Shown here piece by piece: positions 1-9,618 of a stretch of DNA of 53,859 nucleotides. The notes below the pieces were generated by a model that was given only the letters and a program-made list of their open reading frames with translations, did no database searches and was not told where the DNA came from. This stretch comes from Candidatus Micrarchaeota archaeon (GTDB lineage Archaea > Micrarchaeota > Micrarchaeia > Norongarragalinales > SBBD01), in contig JBBSVW010000023.1 in assembly GCA_038046605.1 (NCBI GenBank), positions 1 through 53,859 of the forward strand. Reading direction: 5' to 3'. The first letter of the stretch is position 1; every line of letters starts with the position of its first letter. A program made the translations under genes and the position numbers.

Positions 1-258
1 GCTCTTGAGACATAATTTTCGGACGGGATCATCTCCACCCCTTCCATCTGGCGCTTTTTCTTAGTTTTCCATGGCACCTGCGGTTTCCAGATCGAATTTT
101 TCCAAGGTACATGCAAATGCACCCCATTAAACACTAGAACTTTTTGTTTGAAGCACAAATTTCCACATCCCATTCTACTGAAATAGGGTAAATAAGGATT
201 ATGAAGAAACGGGCCTAAGACTTAAGAATTATGTTTGAATCATCGATTTATGCTGGCG

Positions 259-600
259 TTAAAAGGGGGAATCGGATCCGCAATAAAATTCATCATTGGA
301 ACCTGCCACATCCCACTGAGTACCGAATAGGCCGCCGGTTCCATCAACGGTGCATTTGGGGTCCATGCCATATTGGATTGCATTTAATTTTGTGGTGGTA
401 TCCGGCTTCCATGTCTGGTTGGCAAAATAGCATGCATTAACGTTAACTAGAAAGGTCTTGCAATGCGCAAATGTGATCGTTGTAGTGCTGCTTGTTGCAG
501 AGCTGCGCAAGATGAAAAATGCAACCGTTGCAATAGCCAAAATTCCCCCAAGCAAGAGGATGTACTCAAATGCGCCCTGCCCTTTTCGCATAATTACCAA
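259..600 (-). CDS. archaeal type IV pilin-like protein (class III signal peptide)
   Basis: N-terminus MVIMRKGQGAFEYILLLGGILAIATVAFFIL has a short basic leader, QGAFEY and a hydrophobic helix, the hallmark of archaeal prepilins. The Cys-containing C-terminal part ends EFYCGSDSPF, like its neighbours. ATG at 591 (MRKGQGA) is an alternative start. Confidence 0.75.
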   Translation of the reverse strand: MVIMRKGQGAFEYILLLGGILAIATVAFFILRSSATSSTTTITFAHCKTFLVNVNACYFANQTWKPDTTTKLNAIQYGMDPKCTVDGTGGLFGTQWDVAGSNDEFYCGSDSPF

Positions 601-657
601 ACAAAATACCGATTCTTTCTTTTTAATACTGCGCTTTTTCCTTTGAAAAATAAACTC

Positions 658-996
658 CTAAACCGGCCGGGTTGAACAATAGAAGTGAGTTTCGTCTTTT
701 TTGTATGGGGTGCCTTCCAGCCAGCCTCCATCCTCTAGGCATTTTGCCGGTAAATAGTATTTTGAAGCCAGGCAGCCCGCACCACTTCCAGGGATCCCGC
801 AGCCGTTGGGGTCCCATGAATGGTCAGCTCCAAAACATGCGGAGGCTTGGGAAATGGCAGATAGGCATTGCAGCTTTTGCACCCTTATCTGATTATCGCC
901 AATTGAGCCCCGGACAATAATGATGACCAGGACAACGACCATCAATACCCCAGATAATAGAAGAATGTACTCGAATGAGCTTTGCGCTTTTGCCAT
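658..996 (-). CDS. archaeal type IV pilin-like protein (class III signal peptide)
   Basis: The internal ATG gives MAKAQSSFEYILLLSGVLMVVVLVIIIV. The C-terminus is HFYCSTRPV. It is a paralog of 259..600 and 1098..1481. The longest ORF extends to 1044. Confidence 0.7.
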   Translation of the reverse strand: MAKAQSSFEYILLLSGVLMVVVLVIIIVRGSIGDNQIRVQKLQCLSAISQASACFGADHSWDPNGCGIPGSGAGCLASKYYLPAKCLEDGGWLEGTPYKKDETHFYCSTRPV

Positions 997-1097
997 TTTT
1001 ACCAGCAAAACAGTTAAGCAAAATTTGTTTATAAGTACGACCAAAAAGAGCTCACGCTAACGGTTGAAAAAAAAGAAAAGAAAAAGAAAAGAAAAAA

Positions 1098-1481
1098 TTA
1101 TTGGATTGGGTTTGAACCACAATCGAACTCGAGAATACTGTCAGTATCCGCTGTTCCACTCCAACTTGGTGCCTGGCTCCCAGTATTAAGACCATCATCC
1201 CAAGGAGTCCCTGAAAATGTATTTTCACAGGCCGCAGATACTCCTGTTGATGCATAAGTACATCCGGTTGCACCGCAGCCATCAGAATACCATAAGCCAG
1301 CACCAGCTCCTGTTGAATTAATGCATACAGGTACCGAAGCCACTTGCGCCTTGCACTGCGCCAGCTGTGTTTGTGTTCCAGGAACCGCACCTCTTAGAAT
1401 TATAATCGCCAAAACCACGATAAGCAGCACTCCGGCAAGCAGCAGGATGTACTCGAATGCGCCTTGTCCTCTCTTCGTCAT
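1098..1481 (-). CDS. archaeal type IV pilin-like protein (class III signal peptide)
   Basis: Starts MTKRGQGAFEYILLLAGVLLIVVLAIIIL. The mature part is Cys/Gly rich and the C-terminus is EFDCGSNPIQ. Confidence 0.75.
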   Translation of the reverse strand: MTKRGQGAFEYILLLAGVLLIVVLAIIILRGAVPGTQTQLAQCKAQVASVPVCINSTGAGAGLWYSDGCGATGCTYASTGVSAACENTFSGTPWDDGLNTGSQAPSWSGTADTDSILEFDCGSNPIQ

Positions 1482-1667
1482 TTATTACCACCTACATTTC
1501 AACAAATTGAACGAATAAACTAATCATGAGCGATATATAAAGCTTTTCTTGGGGCTCCGGCGGAAGGAAATAATCATGGGATGGAAGTGATTAGGAGAAG
1601 GAAAAGAAAAATGGGCTGAAAATCTGGTTGGGAAGAATGCAAAGCATATTGGCAAATCCGCCCGGAA

Positions 1668-1844
1668 TCAGACATACCCCGAAGTATTGGTGGCGTTCTG
1701 ATAATTGGTATAGGAAGCATTGACCTGATCCTTTCCCCCCTGGATTGGGCCTGTTCTCAAGAGCAAATAAACCAATGCAATAACCGAAAGTATCCCCGCC
1801 AAAAGAAGTATATACTCAAAGCTCGTCTGCGCCTTTTCGTCCAT
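1668..1844 (-). CDS. small pilin-like protein (58 aa, below the ORF-track cutoff)
   Basis: Manual translation gives MDEKAQTSFEYILLLAGILSVIALVYLLLRTGPIQGGKDQVNASYTNYQNATNTSGYV. It has the same Q-x-SFEYILLLAG class III leader as the three genes upstream. Confidence 0.55.
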   Translation of the reverse strand: MDEKAQTSFEYILLLAGILSVIALVYLLLRTGPIQGGKDQVNASYTNYQNATNTSGYV

Positions 1845-2023
1845 ATGAACAGGTATTGCGGGCTTGTTTTTAATACTTTGTTGGAATCTCCATGCTTTGG
1901 GGGCAAAATAGTTGAACGGAAAGGATCCCCAAAGGGTTTGGCAACAAAGACCGTATAATCTTTATACATTAATTTATCGAACATATCCACCATTTAATAA
2001 AACATATGTTCAATATATAAAAC

Positions 2024-2572
2024 ATGTTGGAAAAGTACGCCCTAATCCGGGCGATAAGGGCAATTTCAGGAAAGCCTGGGATAAAGTATTCCGTCAGGGG
2101 ATTTGCAAAGGAATCTAAACTAAGCCCCGGAACAGCCAGTTCTTCCCTAAATTATATGGAAAAGAATGGCTTGGTTTCAAAGGAAATCATCGGCAGATCG
2201 CACCTCTACAAGGCTAACCTTGAAAGCTTCCTTTTAAGGCACTGGAAAATCCTATTCAATTTGGAGGAAATTGAAAGGAGCGGGATTGTGGAAAAGCTTA
2301 TTGGAAAAATTCCAAACATCCAAAGCATCCTTCTTTATGGAAGCTGCGCCCGGGGAACCAATGATGAGAAGAGCGATTTTGACATATTGGTTATTGCCCA
2401 AAAGGAGGCAAAGATTGACCCCCAAATTGGCAAAACACTTCCAAGAGAGCCGAATATTAGTGCAATGAGCATGGCAGCATGGCACCAGAAGTCATCCCTC
2501 GAAAGGGTTTATTATGAGAATGTGATCTATGAATCAATTGTGCTTTACGGGAATAGGCCGGTGGTTTTGTAA
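2024..2572 (+). CDS. nucleotidyltransferase-domain protein with N-terminal winged-helix-like region (MNT/KNTase-like)
   Basis: The motif LLYGSCARGTNDEKSDFDILVI matches the GS-x-x-RG ... D-x-D minimal polymerase-beta nucleotidyltransferase signature. Confidence 0.65.
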   Translation: MLEKYALIRAIRAISGKPGIKYSVRGFAKESKLSPGTASSSLNYMEKNGLVSKEIIGRSHLYKANLESFLLRHWKILFNLEEIERSGIVEKLIGKIPNIQSILLYGSCARGTNDEKSDFDILVIAQKEAKIDPQIGKTLPREPNISAMSMAAWHQKSSLERVYYENVIYESIVLYGNRPVVL

Positions 2573-2840
2573 GTTAGGGGCTAAACCTCCCGCCTCGATA
2601 GCTTATAGCCAGTTGCATAAATAATTGAACTTTCTGGACTGCAAAACATACGCGAAATGGAGCCTTAAAAGTTCAAAAACTTAAGCGTTTGCCTATAAAT
2701 ACCCGGATTTCTTACTGTTTATGCTGGCCTTAAACGAAAGGGATTAAAATCGAAAAGGACATTTGTCTTTAGGAATAGATGGTTGGGATGGCTTTTGAAA
2801 CAAAAGGAATTCTATTTCATAATGCTCGGGATAGAGCAAC

Positions 2841-3413
2841 TTGCCCATGCATGAATTATTGGTGTTTGAAATGGATGTGAGGTCGCATATTTTAGAGCCG
2901 GAAATTGTCGAATTATCGGGTATTGTAGCAAAATTCATTGAAACAAAGCGCATTGACCCGGCAGGTTTTGAAAAGTTTAAAGAAGCAATCAAATCGGCTG
3001 AAGCTAAGAGGGAATATTGGGCGTTAAACGAGCAGATTGCGCCTACTCAATCGGTAACTGTTTATGGCGCCTACAAGGTAATTTACCTCTCCTTAAGCAA
3101 TATTTTAAAAACGCTCCAAATCGGCTACCAGAAGAAGGAAAATCCCATCAGCGCTGAAAAAGTCATGCCGGTATTTGAATTCCTGATAAATTTAACCCGT
3201 GACGTCAGCGTTGTCGATGGGATGGTTCGCAGCAGGAGGATGGTTTCGGATACTCAAATCGAGTCCGTATACAGGTCGACTGCGCTGCTTTACAGCAAGA
3301 CAAGGGAAATCGGAATCGCGCCAGTACTCCAGGATGAAATTAAGGGCAGTAATTCGGGGCGTAGCCTCAAATCCTTAGGGGATGACCTGTACGTAAAACT
3401 CGCGAGGTCGTAA
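2841..3413 (+). CDS. hypothetical protein, possible partner of the downstream PIN protein
   Basis: A 190-aa ORF with no recognisable motif. It ends 7 nt before the PIN-like gene. Confidence 0.4.
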   Translation: MPMHELLVFEMDVRSHILEPEIVELSGIVAKFIETKRIDPAGFEKFKEAIKSAEAKREYWALNEQIAPTQSVTVYGAYKVIYLSLSNILKTLQIGYQKKENPISAEKVMPVFEFLINLTRDVSVVDGMVRSRRMVSDTQIESVYRSTALLYSKTREIGIAPVLQDEIKGSNSGRSLKSLGDDLYVKLARS

Positions 3414-3420
3414 CAACCCT

Positions 3421-4149
3421 ATGCGAATTTTCTTCGATACGAATATACTATTAGCCGCATCAATTGACGGTTATCTCAAGGACATCGAGGTTACCCACAT
3501 TCATCATGGCCCTGCAAAGCAGCTGCTTGACCAGATTGGCAAGCTGAATGATGAAGGAAAGAATTTTGGCTATGTTACGCCCACCATTGAGGAGGAAGCA
3601 AGGGCTAAGATAACAAAGGCGATAAACAATACCATTAATGAAAAATGGGAGAAGGGAAATTTGGGGAAGCTTTCTTTGGAAAAGCGCATAGAACTGGCGG
3701 ATTCGTTCGATTTATTCATAAGGACTTCGCGCGATAATCTCGAAAAAAGTATATCCCTGCTGATAAGGCTGCCGATAAGGGCAGATTTGCGCCAAAAGAA
3801 GTACGAGGAAGTGGCACAAATGTTCAATTTGCTGGATAGCCAATATTATAAAGAAATGAGGCAGGACGAATTTACCCTTGCCACATCCACAAGATGGAAG
3901 CATTTGCGTGAGAAAATCGGAAGGGAGCACCAGATTGAGGTATCCAAAGCGTATAAGGCATCCCCCGGCATGAACGACAAGCTTCTCCTTTCCGAAATAC
4001 TCGTCCTGATGAAGGAAGGGGAGGAGATATTCCTTGTGTCCATGGATGGTAATTTCGTCAGCGAGTGGGCGACCAAGGAGATTTACTCTAAATTCAAGGT
4101 AAGGGCATGCAAGCCAGAGGGCTTGCTCGGGAGGGTACAGAGGCTATAA
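3421..4149 (+). CDS. PIN-like domain protein
   Basis: N-terminus MRIFFDTNILLAAS (first acidic PIN motif) and distal FLVSMDGNF (last acidic motif). At 242 aa it is longer than a classical VapC. Confidence 0.55.
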   Translation: MRIFFDTNILLAASIDGYLKDIEVTHIHHGPAKQLLDQIGKLNDEGKNFGYVTPTIEEEARAKITKAINNTINEKWEKGNLGKLSLEKRIELADSFDLFIRTSRDNLEKSISLLIRLPIRADLRQKKYEEVAQMFNLLDSQYYKEMRQDEFTLATSTRWKHLREKIGREHQIEVSKAYKASPGMNDKLLLSEILVLMKEGEEIFLVSMDGNFVSEWATKEIYSKFKVRACKPEGLLGRVQRL

Positions 4150-4360
4150 TCGCAAGTTACACTATTCGCCTACTAACTAGGTTAGCAAGGATAGGATGAT
4201 GATTAATACTGGCTTGGAAAGCCCACCCATTGGCACTACACGTTGTATTTTTTACATCCTCCCGGCACTATTTTTCCGTCAGTTGCACTATATCCTCCAA
4301 AATGCTTTTTAAGCCCCTGCTAGTAGTTAATCTACCCAAATTCACTAAGGTGATTTTCGC

Positions 4361-4633
4361 ATGATGCAAAAAATGAAGGAAAGCTACTCTTTTTTCTCCC
4401 CCAAGGGGAATGGCGCAATTGAATGCTCAGATGATTCCGTTTCCATGAAGGGCCCAAAAAACATCACACTAAAAAAATCCCACGTGATGGAACTTACAAA
4501 GCTTGGCGACCTTCCGCTTAGCAAGGTTGCCTGCGCCATGAAATACTTCGATATGTTCGGTGGGAATGAGACAATCGAATTTGCGATGCGGGAGGCGGAT
4601 TTCCGCGCCCTTAAGGCTGTGGTTGGGAAATAG
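4361..4633 (+). CDS. hypothetical protein
   Basis: A 90-aa ORF in an otherwise empty interval, with no motif. Confidence 0.3.
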   Translation: MMQKMKESYSFFSPKGNGAIECSDDSVSMKGPKNITLKKSHVMELTKLGDLPLSKVACAMKYFDMFGGNETIEFAMREADFRALKAVVGK

Positions 4634-4681
4634 CGCTATCTTTAAAGATTTTACTGTTTTCAATTTTAGAGGGAAATAGTT

Positions 4682-4930
4682 ATGATGGTTAGGGGCAAGG
4701 ATTACAACATTATAATTGAGAAGGGAGATGATGGGTATCTTATCGGGTTTGTTCCAGGCATGGTAGGAGCTCACTCACAAGCAAAGAGCAAAAAGGTTCT
4801 TATGAAGCGGATGAAAGATGTTATTGAACTTTGCTTGTCTGTATATGAAGAGCCAATTTCTATTCACAATGGGGTCGTGGGGGCAAAAAATCAAGTGAAA
4901 TTGCCATATGGGAGGATTGCGTCCACTTAA
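4682..4930 (+). CDS. hicB: HicB-family antitoxin
   Basis: YNIIIEKGDDGYLIGFVPGMVGAHSQAKSKKVLMKRMKDVIELCL resembles the HicB/UPF0150 N-terminal fold. It overlaps the hicA start. Confidence 0.65.
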   Translation: MMVRGKDYNIIIEKGDDGYLIGFVPGMVGAHSQAKSKKVLMKRMKDVIELCLSVYEEPISIHNGVVGAKNQVKLPYGRIAST

Positions 4931-5132
4931 GTCCCTTGAATTGCTGAAAATTCTTAATCGGTTGGGTTTCGAAATAATCAGGCAAAGCGGAAGCCATATT
5001 TTCCTTAGGCATCCAAATGGTAAAACAACCACCGTCCCCATGCATAGACGGAAGGAAATCGATAGGCATTTGCTTAGGAGGATCATCAGGGAAATCGGAA
5101 TGGAATTGAACGAATTCCTGGAATTAACTTAA
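4908..5132 (+). CDS. hicA: HicA-family mRNA interferase toxin
   Basis: LLKILNRLGFEIIRQSGSHIFLRHPNGKTTTVPMH is the typical HicA/YcfA G-S-H core. Confidence 0.8.
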   Translation: MGGLRPLKSLELLKILNRLGFEIIRQSGSHIFLRHPNGKTTTVPMHRRKEIDRHLLRRIIREIGMELNEFLELT

Positions 5133-5201
5133 ACAAGCAAATTAACAAAAACCAAAAGCCTATTAATAATCTTGTTTCCTTTCTTGGGAGTGGTCAAAAA
5201 A

Positions 5202-7178
5202 ATGAAACAGCTAACAGCGGGATTATTTGCATTCATGTTCCTATTCGCATTTGCAGCAGCGCAAACCTCCCTGGATGTGCCGGCGGTTGACGCAGAGGGA
5301 AAAGGCGTTCTTAGTGAGATTTCGGTTTCGTCAACTCCTGGAAACGGGGATATTTTCGTATCCATCGTGCCGCTAACCGGCATCGATACCCAGCATTCGG
5401 AAAAAACAGCCGTGAAAATTGCCTCTGAACTTGCAGGCAGGGATACATCAAAGCTAGACATGCTCTTCAAGATCCAATCATCCGCCGAAGTGGTGGACGG
5501 CCCTTCAGCCGGCGCAGCACTCACGCTTCTTTCATACGCCGAACTATCCAAGAAAAAGATGCGGGGGGATCTAACGCTCACAGGCTCAATTGAACCTGAT
5601 GGGAGCATAGGCAAGGTGGGGGGGATTTTTGAAAAGGCCAAGGCGGTAGCCAATTTCGAGGGCGCAAATTTCAAGGTATTCCTCATTCCAAGGGGGCAGC
5701 GCATCCAATCCGGCGTCGACATCCCAAAATATGCAAAGGAGAAATGGGATTTGCAGGTGGTCGAAGTGGATTCCATCGAGGATGCTATAAACTTTGCCTT
5801 CAACACAACCGAAGGGGAAAATGTCCCGGTAGTTGAAAAAATCATCCCGCCATTGAAATTGATCCCTTTCAAGGCAAGCGGGAGCGCAGGGGAATTTGGG
5901 GAAATTGCCAAATCCGAAATCGAGGGCGCAAAAAAGAGCCTTCAAAAATCCGATGTTTCGCCAGAGGTTAGGGAGGCTTTGGATGAATCCATCAGCCTGT
6001 CCCAAACCCTAATCGCCAAAGGCTACTATTATTCCGCGGCAAATTCCGCCTTCCTGACAACGCTTACAATTGATGAGCTATCATTTGTGAATGGAAGCAA
6101 GGGGGAACTTAGGGAAAAACTTAGGGAGATTAAAGAGCTTGCAAATAATTTGAATTTCACACCCCAAAACGAGGGCAATTTTGAATGGGTCATTGGCGGA
6201 AAGCTTCGATTCCAATGGGCAAGCGGGAAACTAAGCGATGCGGATGACAAGATTGCGCTTGGCAATTACATTTCCGCCGCCGGCGATCTTGCGGTTGCCT
6301 CTAGCTGGCTTAGGGCATCCTACAGGATGAATGAGTTCGCCAAAGCAAAGGCATCTGGCAGGGAGATGAAGGATATTTACTACAGGGACTACGCATCAAA
6401 CCTAATAGAAAAGGCAAAGGCGCTTTCAGATGATGGCCTTCTTGATTCAGAAGCGCTCGATCATTTGGATACCGCAATTGCCGCATTTGAAAATGCGAAT
6501 TACCTAACGGCGGCAATTGATGCCACATTTCCCATCTCCTATTCGGAGGCGTACGATGAAATGGGCGAAAAAAAATACAGGCAGATTGTCGAATCGCTTT
6601 GCGATGCCGATTCATTTGAGGCAACCTGCGATATTTTCAAGGATAGGGAATTTTATTCGCTTTGGGCGCAGCTTTACTATGCGCATGCGCTATATAATTT
6701 CCAGGAAAGCAACCGCTCGCAGGATATTCCATCCCTTGTAAACGGCATCAAGCTGATAAAATTAAGCGAGGGCTTTGAATTGCGCAGAAATGAAGCGCTC
6801 AAATTGCTGGATAATCCCCCAATTGACTCCGGCAATGGCGCACCAATAGATGGCAATCTTCCCGCCTCAACTATTGCCCCAAGCAAGCAGTTGAAGGTTG
6901 AAGTAGTTGCAATCCCCCAAAACTCCCAGCGCGACCTCATAGTAATGAGCATTGTTGCACTTGTTGTTTTGCTTGCGCTCGTTGCGTTCCTGGTTAGGAA
7001 AAAGCCACTTGATGGGATACAGGTAAGCGGGGGTAAAATAAGCCGCCTGGAACGCGCGGAGGAGATGGTCCTAGCCGGAAAGATGAGCGAACGATCCTTC
7101 GAGTATTTCAAGGAAAAATACGGGAAGGAGGAAAAAACAAAGGTTAAAGCTAAGGCGAAAAAATCCCACAAGAAATAG
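5202..7178 (+). CDS. membrane-anchored S16 (Lon C-terminal proteolytic domain) peptidase without an ATPase domain
   Basis: Signal-like MKQLTAGLFAFMFLFAFAAA. VVDGPSAGAALTL (catalytic Ser context) and GKVGGIFEKAKAV (Lys context) are present. A C-terminal TM helix IVMSIVALVVLLALVAFLV is followed by a Lys-rich tail. Confidence 0.7.
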   Translation: MKQLTAGLFAFMFLFAFAAAQTSLDVPAVDAEGKGVLSEISVSSTPGNGDIFVSIVPLTGIDTQHSEKTAVKIASELAGRDTSKLDMLFKIQSSAEVVDGPSAGAALTLLSYAELSKKKMRGDLTLTGSIEPDGSIGKVGGIFEKAKAVANFEGANFKVFLIPRGQRIQSGVDIPKYAKEKWDLQVVEVDSIEDAINFAFNTTEGENVPVVEKIIPPLKLIPFKASGSAGEFGEIAKSEIEGAKKSLQKSDVSPEVREALDESISLSQTLIAKGYYYSAANSAFLTTLTIDELSFVNGSKGELREKLREIKELANNLNFTPQNEGNFEWVIGGKLRFQWASGKLSDADDKIALGNYISAAGDLAVASSWLRASYRMNEFAKAKASGREMKDIYYRDYASNLIEKAKALSDDGLLDSEALDHLDTAIAAFENANYLTAAIDATFPISYSEAYDEMGEKKYRQIVESLCDADSFEATCDIFKDREFYSLWAQLYYAHALYNFQESNRSQDIPSLVNGIKLIKLSEGFELRRNEALKLLDNPPIDSGNGAPIDGNLPASTIAPSKQLKVEVVAIPQNSQRDLIVMSIVALVVLLALVAFLVRKKPLDGIQVSGGKISRLERAEEMVLAGKMSERSFEYFKEKYGKEEKTKVKAKAKKSHKK

Positions 7179-7256
7179 GCTAAAATGTAGAATGGGAATT
7201 TGACAGTTTTATTAGCAGCAATTTCTCAGATATCCAAAAAACCAAAAGTACAATAC

Positions 7257-8525
7257 TTATTCTTCAAGAGGCGTCGCGGAAATATACCCAATCTCCCCAT
7301 CCTGCAATATCGCATCAAGCTTGATATCGATCGCATCCGTTGCATTCGCACCTGTTGCAAAGATCTCGAATGTGGTTTGAGGCAATACGCCTCCAAGGGC
7401 GCTTTGGGCCGCCTCAATATCAGTTAATTCAACGCTTAATTGGCGCTTGATTGCTCCCGTAAAGGGCTTGATTGCCAAAAGGATCGCCTTCTCGTTTTCC
7501 GGCGAATAATCGAATGCGACAGTCAGGCCCGAATCCGGAAGCGAATACTGCCAATCCTCAACTCCTATTCTTTCAAGCTCGGAAACAAGGAGGGCATCAT
7601 CCGTGAAATTCCCATTCACCTTGACAACAAGCGTATCCGCCTCAAAGACATTGGCTACAAATGAAAGCGCATTGATTTTTGCAGCAGTATCATTGCCGGT
7701 GACATTCGATATAGTGATTTCAATTAGCGGGAGGTATTCAACCTGGGTATAATTCACTGTTCCATTGAGCTTTTGGATGATTTCCTCACGGCTAATTGAA
7801 TTCCTGCTTTTCCATGGGATTTGGACTTCCATTACCGCCCCTCCAAGCACTTCCAGCACAACCGCCTTTGCATTTGCCGACTTGAACTCTATTGGCGCAA
7901 CGCTCCTTGGCTCTTCTGCCGTTGCGAACTGGATCGTTTCACCAAGCATCCGCACAAAAACCATCATCTTGATCGTGGCATTTGCCTGCGTTTCGGGCTG
8001 CACAAATGCAAAGCACTGGGCGTAAGTCCCCGGCTGGGAAAGGCATGCAAGATTGGATCCGGTTACCACTTTTGATGTGCCCGCGCCATCCGCAGAGGAA
8101 AAGTTTAGGTAGCTTCCCACATTGACATAAGCGCGCTTGAACACGCGCGGTTCGCAAAATTCCTTGAGGACCTTTTTGGTTTTTGAGGCGACATCTTCAA
8201 TGCTGAAATTTTGGGAAACGACAATTCCCACCCTTAGGTTCTGGGGGTCGTAGGAGGTATCGGCAACCCCCGGAATTTCCCTCACTTTAGCTTCTGGATC
8301 CGAAGTTGCATTGCATACTGCAAGAAGTTCCCTTCCTATGGAAATGACATATGCATCCGTGCCGTTTATTCCCTGGAATGATTGGGGAATTGGCGTTGCA
8401 CTTGGAGCAACGGAGGGTATCTCCCTTTGGTAGGGGTTTTGCGTGAAGAGGAAGGCAACGATCTCAATTGCAAATATCACTATCAGTGCGACAGTGCCAA
8501 TTTTCATAAGTTTTGATTGGTCCAT
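7257..8525 (-). CDS. hypothetical N-terminally anchored extracellular protein
   Basis: Has an N-terminal TM helix IGTVALIVIFAIEIVAFLF and many N-x-S/T sequons. No recognisable domain. Confidence 0.6.
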   Translation of the reverse strand: MDQSKLMKIGTVALIVIFAIEIVAFLFTQNPYQREIPSVAPSATPIPQSFQGINGTDAYVISIGRELLAVCNATSDPEAKVREIPGVADTSYDPQNLRVGIVVSQNFSIEDVASKTKKVLKEFCEPRVFKRAYVNVGSYLNFSSADGAGTSKVVTGSNLACLSQPGTYAQCFAFVQPETQANATIKMMVFVRMLGETIQFATAEEPRSVAPIEFKSANAKAVVLEVLGGAVMEVQIPWKSRNSISREEIIQKLNGTVNYTQVEYLPLIEITISNVTGNDTAAKINALSFVANVFEADTLVVKVNGNFTDDALLVSELERIGVEDWQYSLPDSGLTVAFDYSPENEKAILLAIKPFTGAIKRQLSVELTDIEAAQSALGGVLPQTTFEIFATGANATDAIDIKLDAILQDGEIGYISATPLEE

Positions 8526-8793
8526 TTGCTTTTCGCCTCAATGCTAAAGGGTTTTAAATTCAAAACCTAAAAGTTAAGGAGAGCTAAATATTGCCCTTTT
8601 GGTTTATAACGTTTTCTTTTCCCTAATTAATGGGTTTAAGGAAAAATAACGATTAACGGGGAGTGCGGGGAGGAATAATTGGCGAACATAAATCCAGATG
8701 CAGGCGGCATATGCGCCAAAACCAACCCAAAATACCCGATTATGCCAAATTAAGCATTCCAAAAATGATGCAAAATGCGAGGATGAAAAAAAT

Positions 8794-9456
8794 ATGGCGG
8801 ATGATGATTTTTTGAAGGTGCAGTTTTCCGTTTCCGACGAGTTTGGAAAAATGATTGAAACAACCGATGAGGAGGAGGCTAAGAAGGCAGGGATCTTCAA
8901 TGGGAAGGCAAAATACGGCTATTCGCTTGTGATGCTCTCGGATGGGAGGATGGTCAGGGGCTTTAGGGCCGCCCTGCTCGCCGCTAAGGATAATTCGGAG
9001 CAAACAGTAAAAATCCCAAAAGCGGATGCATTTGGCGATAGGAAGGATGAAAACGTCGTGCTTGTCCCCTCAAGGAAATTCGAGGATGCGGGCATTTCGC
9101 CCCAGGTTGGGATGGTTGTTGACTTGGATGGCTCAAGGGGAAGGGTGCAGGCGATATCCGGCGGAAGGGTTAGGGTCGACCTCAACCACGAGCTTGCCGG
9201 AAGGGATGTCAATTACAAGTTCAAAATAATCGAGCGAATTGCTGGTGCCCGGGCGAAAATGAACGCCCTTGTTGAAGAGCAATTGGGTTTGAAGGATGCC
9301 GCAACCCTGCAGGCGGATATTGCAATTGTTTCCGTGACACAAGACACCATGAAGCAGGAGGATTACCTGCAATGGAAATACACGGCTATTGCGGCGGCAA
9401 TGCAGCACATACCGGAAATCCGCAAGATCGAATGGAAGGAGGAATTCATTAGGTAA
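8794..9456 (+). CDS. FKBP-type peptidyl-prolyl cis-trans isomerase (archaeal SlyD-like)
   Basis: Contains FLKVQFSVS...GRMVRGFRAALL...VRVDLNHELAGRDVNYKFKI, where D-x-NH-x-LAG is the FKBP C-terminal signature. The ATG at 8794 is preferred over the longer ORF from 8698. Confidence 0.75.
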   Translation: MADDDFLKVQFSVSDEFGKMIETTDEEEAKKAGIFNGKAKYGYSLVMLSDGRMVRGFRAALLAAKDNSEQTVKIPKADAFGDRKDENVVLVPSRKFEDAGISPQVGMVVDLDGSRGRVQAISGGRVRVDLNHELAGRDVNYKFKIIERIAGARAKMNALVEEQLGLKDAATLQADIAIVSVTQDTMKQEDYLQWKYTAIAAAMQHIPEIRKIEWKEEFIR

Positions 9457-9618
9457 AATCATTCATTTACGGATTTGGAAGATGTCAAGGAATGGAAAAT
9501 CCATAAGTTAACTTTTTTTTATTAGCATAGGGGAAAAGTTTTTTATTTCCCCAATCTCGAATAAGTTAAGGAAATCCGATTATATTGAAAAAGCAGTTCA
9601 TTTCAAAGGGTGGGCATT

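Noticed and set aside
1-176. A partial minus-strand ORF running off the left edge (MGCGNLCFKQKVLVFNG...)
   Set aside because: It has no recognisable motif, is truncated by the window and cannot be supported.
5129-5911. A 260-aa minus-strand ORF antisense to the S16 peptidase gene (also 6677..7171, 9768..10331, 12348..12773, 50486..50941)
   Set aside because: The opposite-strand genes carry recognisable catalytic or ribosomal motifs. These translations are Ser/Pro/Leu-rich with no features.
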